Shown: positions 59,354 through 64,000 of the stretch, piece by piece | Position numbering within the stretch: position 1 is the stretch's first letter | Layout of the letters: every line of letters begins with the position of its first letter | From: Synechococcus sp. UW140 | Lineage (GTDB): Bacteria > Bacteroidota > Bacteroidia > Chitinophagales > Chitinophagaceae | NCBI GenBank assembly: GCA_943371295.1 | Contig: CALRUG020000001.1 | Location: forward strand, 7,677-71,676 | Reading direction: 5' to 3' | Length of the DNA: 64,000 bases | Notes under the pieces: generated by a model | Database searches by the model: none | What the model saw: only the letters and a program-made list of their open reading frames with translations | Told to the model about the DNA's origin: nothing | Made by a program: the position numbers and the translations under genes

Positions 59354-59701
59354 ATGCTCCAAATAACTCTAGTAACTCATTCAACCACGTATACCGAAGC
59401 CACCGCTTTAGCAAATACCTTACAATCAATTTTAGGCCCTTCAACAAATATTGTATCCATAAACCCCTATCCTAAATTCACAGACAGCTTTAGGGTTGAT
59501 CTCGAAACGATTGTTCCACTCGATAATCCATCAGCTATAATCCACCAAGCTATAGACATAGCCGACCAAATAGTTTCTCCCTGGCTAACCTATTATGATA
59601 GTGACCTAGAAAAAATCGAATTGATTTATAACGAAACAGAAAATACACAAAAAAGACACCCTGCTTTCAAAGCAATCAAATGGGCGCAGATAACCTATTA
59701 A
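59354..59701 (+). CDS. Hypothetical protein
   Basis: 115 aa ORF co-oriented with neighbours, short spacers. Confidence 0.55.
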   Translation: MLQITLVTHSTTYTEATALANTLQSILGPSTNIVSINPYPKFTDSFRVDLETIVPLDNPSAIIHQAIDIADQIVSPWLTYYDSDLEKIELIYNETENTQKRHPAFKAIKWAQITY

Positions 59702-59748
59702 AACAGACTATATTTGATAGTATCATTTGATACTATCAACGACCACCC

Positions 59749-61278
59749 ATGAAACCACTTCTCTCCTTAATTGCCCTTTGCTTGATTAACCAGCTTTTCG
59801 CGCAAACAAATGAATTAAGCAGCATTCAAAAATACCGAGAAGTCAACACTGCCGCAATAATGAAGGAGTATGTATCCTTCCTCTCCATACCCAACACGGC
59901 GAATGATACCATCGGTTTAAGAAAGAATACCGACTTCATTCAACAAATGATGCAGCAAAGAGGCATTCAAAATATTCAACTACTATATGCCAACACACCC
60001 AATACAGCACCCGTTGTGTATGGTGAAGTGAATACACCTGGCGCGACAAAAACACTGATCTTTTATGCACATTACGATGGGCAACCGGTAAATCCTGCAC
60101 AATGGGCAAAAGGATTACAACCTTTTCAACCCAAACTTTACACGAATGCGATAGATAAAAACGGAATACCAATTGATTTCCCTAGCAACAATGTATACCT
60201 ACCCGATTATCGTATTTATGCAAGAGGCGCTTCAGATGATAAAGCAGGTGTAGCAGCTATTTTAAATGCTTATGCTGCTATTAAACAATCGAACCTACCC
60301 TTGCAATACAACCTGAAATTTTTCTTTGAAGGCGAAGAAGAAGCAGGCTCTCCGCACTTAGACCAGATACTCAAAAAATATGCGCCACAATTGCAATCTG
60401 ATTTGTGGATTATTTGCGATGGACCTGTTCATCAATCAGGTAAAAAACAAATTGTATTTGGTGTACGAGGCGATACCCATGTAGACTTAACAGTTTATGC
60501 TTCTAAGAGACCCTTACACAGTGGGCACTATGGCAACTGGGCACCCAATCCTGCATTGCAATTGTCCACACTTTTGGCTAGCATGAAAAACGAGAAAGGC
60601 AGGGTAACCATCAAGGGATTTTACGATGATGTAACACCACTAACTCCTACGGAGAAAAAAGCCTTACAAGATGTACCGCCCGTTGATGAACAAATGAAAG
60701 CAGAGTTGGGATTTAATACGCCGGAAATGCAAGGCTCATCACTGGGTGAATCCATCAACCTACCTTCATTAAATATCAATGGAATTCAGAGTGGTAATGT
60801 AGGAAAGTTAGCATCCAATCAAATCCCCACTTTTGCCACTGCAGTATTAGACTTAAGATTGGTTTTGGGCAATGATTGGAAAAGACAACAACAAAAAGTA
60901 ATTAATCATATTAAAGCGCAGGGTTTCCATGTAATCAATAATGAACCAACAGAAGCAGAAAGAAAACAATACGCTAAATTAATTAAAATAGCACCCGGCG
61001 CAGATGGCATGAATGCCCAACGTACGCCAATGGATTTGCCCATGGCACAGAAAGTAATTAAAGCAGTGAAGTCTACTAGTGCTGATCAAGTGGTATTACA
61101 GCCTACCATGGGTGGCAGCCTTCCGCTCTATTTATTTGAACAAATACTAAAGGCTAGAACCATCACCGTGCCAATTGCCAATCACGACAATAACCAACAC
61201 GCAGAAAACGAAAATATTCGTTTGAAGAATTTCTTCGAAGGCATCAATACCATGGCGGCATTGATGTTGATGAGATAG
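59749..61278 (+). CDS. M20/M25/M40 family metallopeptidase (dipeptidase-like)
   Basis: YAHYDGQP; ARGASDDKAG; EGEEEAGSP; LHSGHYG; NNQHAENEN. Confidence 0.92.
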   Translation: MKPLLSLIALCLINQLFAQTNELSSIQKYREVNTAAIMKEYVSFLSIPNTANDTIGLRKNTDFIQQMMQQRGIQNIQLLYANTPNTAPVVYGEVNTPGATKTLIFYAHYDGQPVNPAQWAKGLQPFQPKLYTNAIDKNGIPIDFPSNNVYLPDYRIYARGASDDKAGVAAILNAYAAIKQSNLPLQYNLKFFFEGEEEAGSPHLDQILKKYAPQLQSDLWIICDGPVHQSGKKQIVFGVRGDTHVDLTVYASKRPLHSGHYGNWAPNPALQLSTLLASMKNEKGRVTIKGFYDDVTPLTPTEKKALQDVPPVDEQMKAELGFNTPEMQGSSLGESINLPSLNINGIQSGNVGKLASNQIPTFATAVLDLRLVLGNDWKRQQQKVINHIKAQGFHVINNEPTEAERKQYAKLIKIAPGADGMNAQRTPMDLPMAQKVIKAVKSTSADQVVLQPTMGGSLPLYLFEQILKARTITVPIANHDNNQHAENENIRLKNFFEGINTMAALMLMR

Positions 61279-61286
61279 GAAAACGA

Positions 61287-62108
61287 TTATTCCTTTTCAA
61301 AATTAGCTAAATCAGCATCCCAATTGTATTCATTAAATTCAATCGAATACCCTGTAAAGTTGCGCTTAAAAACTTTTGTCATAAGCGCCCTAATTCCACT
61401 AGACCCACCAAAATCACCCTTAAACCATAATAAAATTTTACTGGTAGTAATCACTTTCCTTTCTTCATCAATTTCTGTCTCTCCTTTTATAAAAGCAACA
61501 GTAGCCATATCTAATTGCTGGTCAATTTTATGGTATCGATAAAACGCAATCGGCGGACAACTCTTGGCTCCACAGTTCAATGCAAAATGAATACGATAAT
61601 CAATTGAATCAACCGCCAATTCTTTAATTGCTTTTTGCGGTAAAAACTGCGGCAAATAACCCATACTCCACTTCCATCGATATTTACGAAGAATACCATG
61701 CTCTATATCATCTAAGCTCAAGCTTAACCCTGCTATTGAAATCAATTGCTCTGTAAATATTTTAGGCCTAGTCTTATTCAACCGAATCGCCAAAATTTGA
61801 TACCAGGCATTGTACATATTTACCCAAAAAGTTTTTTTAGCAGCATCATTCTTAAGCCCTTCTAATAGTTGATTATAAGTTAAACCAGACAATGCTTTTT
61901 CTACTGCCTTGCTATCCGCCTTTATCTTTACTTTATACAACAACTCCCCTGAAAGTTTCAACATAGAATCAGTCATTGGATTGATCATAGCGGCCGCGTT
62001 ACCAGAATCCATTTGCGATTTATTTACAGGTTGAGCACCATAGCACCAAACGACAATTAAACAGCACAAAGCAAGTAAAACAATAAGAAATTTCAAAGAT
62101 GTGTTCAT
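61287..62108 (-). CDS. DUF547 domain protein
   Basis: FWVNMYNA; SLDDIEHGILR; DYRIHFALNCGAKSCP; YNWD. Confidence 0.92.
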   Translation of the reverse strand: MNTSLKFLIVLLALCCLIVVWCYGAQPVNKSQMDSGNAAAMINPMTDSMLKLSGELLYKVKIKADSKAVEKALSGLTYNQLLEGLKNDAAKKTFWVNMYNAWYQILAIRLNKTRPKIFTEQLISIAGLSLSLDDIEHGILRKYRWKWSMGYLPQFLPQKAIKELAVDSIDYRIHFALNCGAKSCPPIAFYRYHKIDQQLDMATVAFIKGETEIDEERKVITTSKILLWFKGDFGGSSGIRALMTKVFKRNFTGYSIEFNEYNWDADLANFEKE

Positions 62109-62184
62109 GTAACTTTATAAAAATTTATACTAAACTTTTTGCATTTTGTTGAACCATCAAGATTTCCTTGACAGTTCAAGCGCA

Positions 62185-63312
62185 TCAAAACCGCTCCCCA
62201 TGTGTCTGCTTTACAATAGCACGCACCAAGAAAGGAAAAGGCTTTAGCATGGCTATAAATAAGTTGGTCATCCAAGTTTTACCAAAAAATCGTTGCACCC
62301 ATCTGCCAACTGTTAAGCGCTTTGCAAAAGTATTAGTCCATGCATTGCTGTATTGCTCCTCCATGGTAATCCTACTTATTTCATTACGCAAAAACGGCGC
62401 AATAGCTTCATAAGCAAGCTTTGATCCATGCAATGCCATACTCATACCATTGCCACAAAGGGGCGTAATCATACCCCCCGCATCGCCCACCATGAGTACA
62501 TGGTTTTCGATTAATGATTTTCTTTCGAAAGAAATCTGTGCAATGGTTACGGGAGCTTCATACAAGTGCACTGCTTTTTCTAAAATTTCTTTTAAATACG
62601 GATTGGTCTTTAATACCAATTCTTCCATGGATGCAATAGAACCACCATGGGTTTTTAAATTATGCGCAGTAGTTAAATAACACAAACAGGTTTTACCATC
62701 TTCAACATTAGAGATACCACAATACCCGTCTTTAAAATTATGTAAGGCAATAATATCGTTCGGCCAATCAATATCAATATGATATTTTACCCCAATAAAA
62801 TTATCCAGTTGCTTTTGTTTACCTAAAATAAAAGGTCGCTTCCACTTCACATCTAGATTGCTGCGCTTTCCAAAACTCCCCACTGCTATACGCGATTGAA
62901 TAATACCAACTGAAGAGTGCACACTAAATATATCTGCTTCAAAAACAATATCATCTACTTTTACTCCTTCTTCAACCCTTACTCCCAAATCTTTTGCTAG
63001 ATCAACCAATGCGTTATCTATGGTATACCTACTGATACCAAAGCCTCCTAAATATAATGGCTGCTCAATACTATTACCATTGGGTGCAGTGACCATTAAA
63101 CGGTTCACAATGGGTAATTGCATCTTACTTAAAGGAACGCCTAAGCTTTCAATAAAATCCCAACTTTCTAGACTAATGTACTCTCCACATACTTTATGAA
63201 ATGGATAATGTTCTTTCTCGAACAAGACCACGCTGAAACCTGCTTTAGCGGATTGAATAGACAATGCCAATCCTGCCAATCCACCTCCAACAATAGCTAT
63301 ATCGTAACGCAT
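62185..63312 (-). CDS. FAD-dependent oxidoreductase (geranylgeranyl reductase-like)
   Basis: IVGGGLAG; HKVCGEYIS; VGDAGGMITPLCGNGMSMA. Confidence 0.9.
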   Translation of the reverse strand: MRYDIAIVGGGLAGLALSIQSAKAGFSVVLFEKEHYPFHKVCGEYISLESWDFIESLGVPLSKMQLPIVNRLMVTAPNGNSIEQPLYLGGFGISRYTIDNALVDLAKDLGVRVEEGVKVDDIVFEADIFSVHSSVGIIQSRIAVGSFGKRSNLDVKWKRPFILGKQKQLDNFIGVKYHIDIDWPNDIIALHNFKDGYCGISNVEDGKTCLCYLTTAHNLKTHGGSIASMEELVLKTNPYLKEILEKAVHLYEAPVTIAQISFERKSLIENHVLMVGDAGGMITPLCGNGMSMALHGSKLAYEAIAPFLRNEISRITMEEQYSNAWTNTFAKRLTVGRWVQRFFGKTWMTNLFIAMLKPFPFLVRAIVKQTHGERF

Positions 63313-63313
63313 A

Positions 63314-64000
63314 TTATACATGGTTGTTCATTTTGGTTATAGAACAAACTAACCACCTAAACGCCCATTTCCATTGAAGCTCATAATGGGTTATGCCAGC
63401 AGCTGAAAACAAATTTTCCAATTCCTCTTTACTAAATCCTCTCAGCACCGATAGAGGTGCATCATTTTTTACCAAGTAACTATTCGAAAAAACACTGGTT
63501 AATATTTTAATAGAATGATAAGCCAAGGGATGTCTTTGCAAATCGTTTATGAAATGCCCCACTAAAGCATTAGACTTGCACCAATTCAACATCTGCAGTA
63601 ATTGTTCATCAGTTAAATGATGGCAAAAAAGAGAAGAGAATATAATATGCGGCTGTTGTTTAAGCGTTGCCAGCAAATAGTCGGAAGGAACAAATTCAAT
63701 GCCTGCATTCTCCTTTCTGCTTTGTGCATACGCAATACAATGCGGATTAATATCCACGCCCATTAATTCCACTTCAATCTGATGTTGTCTGCACCAATCT
63801 CGTATTACCCGAAGATTATCTCCTCCACCAGAACCGATTTCGCAAATACGAATAGGCTGTTTTGTGTCCGCAAAATCCAATACATATTTCAACCCTGCAA
63901 TCGTTATATCATGTCCACCCAATAAAGTATTGATGGTATTCAGCTCTTTCATATTTTGTTGTATTGCTTCAAAAGGAATATCATCCTTATCGAGCAATTC
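63314..64000 (-). CDS. SAM-dependent methyltransferase; 5' end beyond the window
   Basis: Frame open to the window end (ELLDKDDIP); EIGSGGGD; SLFCHH; INDLQR; NDAPLSVLRGF. Confidence 0.85.
   Translation of the reverse strand, partial: ELLDKDDIPFEAIQQNMKELNTINTLLGGHDITIAGLKYVLDFADTKQPIRICEIGSGGGDNLRVIRDWCRQHQIEVELMGVDINPHCIAYAQSRKENAGIEFVPSDYLLATLKQQPHIIFSSLFCHHLTDEQLLQMLNWCKSNALVGHFINDLQRHPLAYHSIKILTSVFSNSYLVKNDAPLSVLRGFSKEELENLFSAAGITHYELQWKWAFRWLVCSITKMNNHV

Noticed and set aside
375-62680. Numerous 60-240 aa ORFs antisense to or overlapping long genes (e.g. 9634-10158, 21089-21802, 23348-23815)
   Set aside because: Shadow frames of well-supported genes, with no independent motifs.

Overview
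64 kb chromosomal window from a Bacteroidota bacterium. The Chitinophagaceae-like assignment is inferred from gene content, the SusC/SusD pair and TAnnTTTG promoter boxes. Positions 1-37000 and 53700-64000 are mostly housekeeping genes (clpB, queG, susCD, sppA, folK, gcvP, def, ruvX, mutS, hscB, xylAB, peptidases, transporters). A tRNA-Leu(CAA) at 37029-37112 is followed by a ~16.5 kb accessory island, strongly AT-rich over most of its length, with no integrase. The island carries an ABC-ATPase + HNH pair (Septu/PtuAB-like), a multi-domain HEPN protein, a DUF262/GmrSD-like nuclease, and an XRE regulator with two m5C methyltransferases and a PLD (NgoFVII-type) endonuclease. It ends in a dense toxin-antitoxin cluster: three antitoxins whose toxins are truncated or missing, HigBA, and a HipBST-like triplet. 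The least explained signals are non-coding. One is a ~140 nt promoter-anchored multi-stem RNA leader with two GNRA tetraloops (49520-49675, minus strand). The others are a diverged ~110 bp repeat in front of two different defence modules and a 30 bp direct repeat bracketing the antitoxin-only cassette. All family assignments come from motif recognition by eye; no database searches were run.
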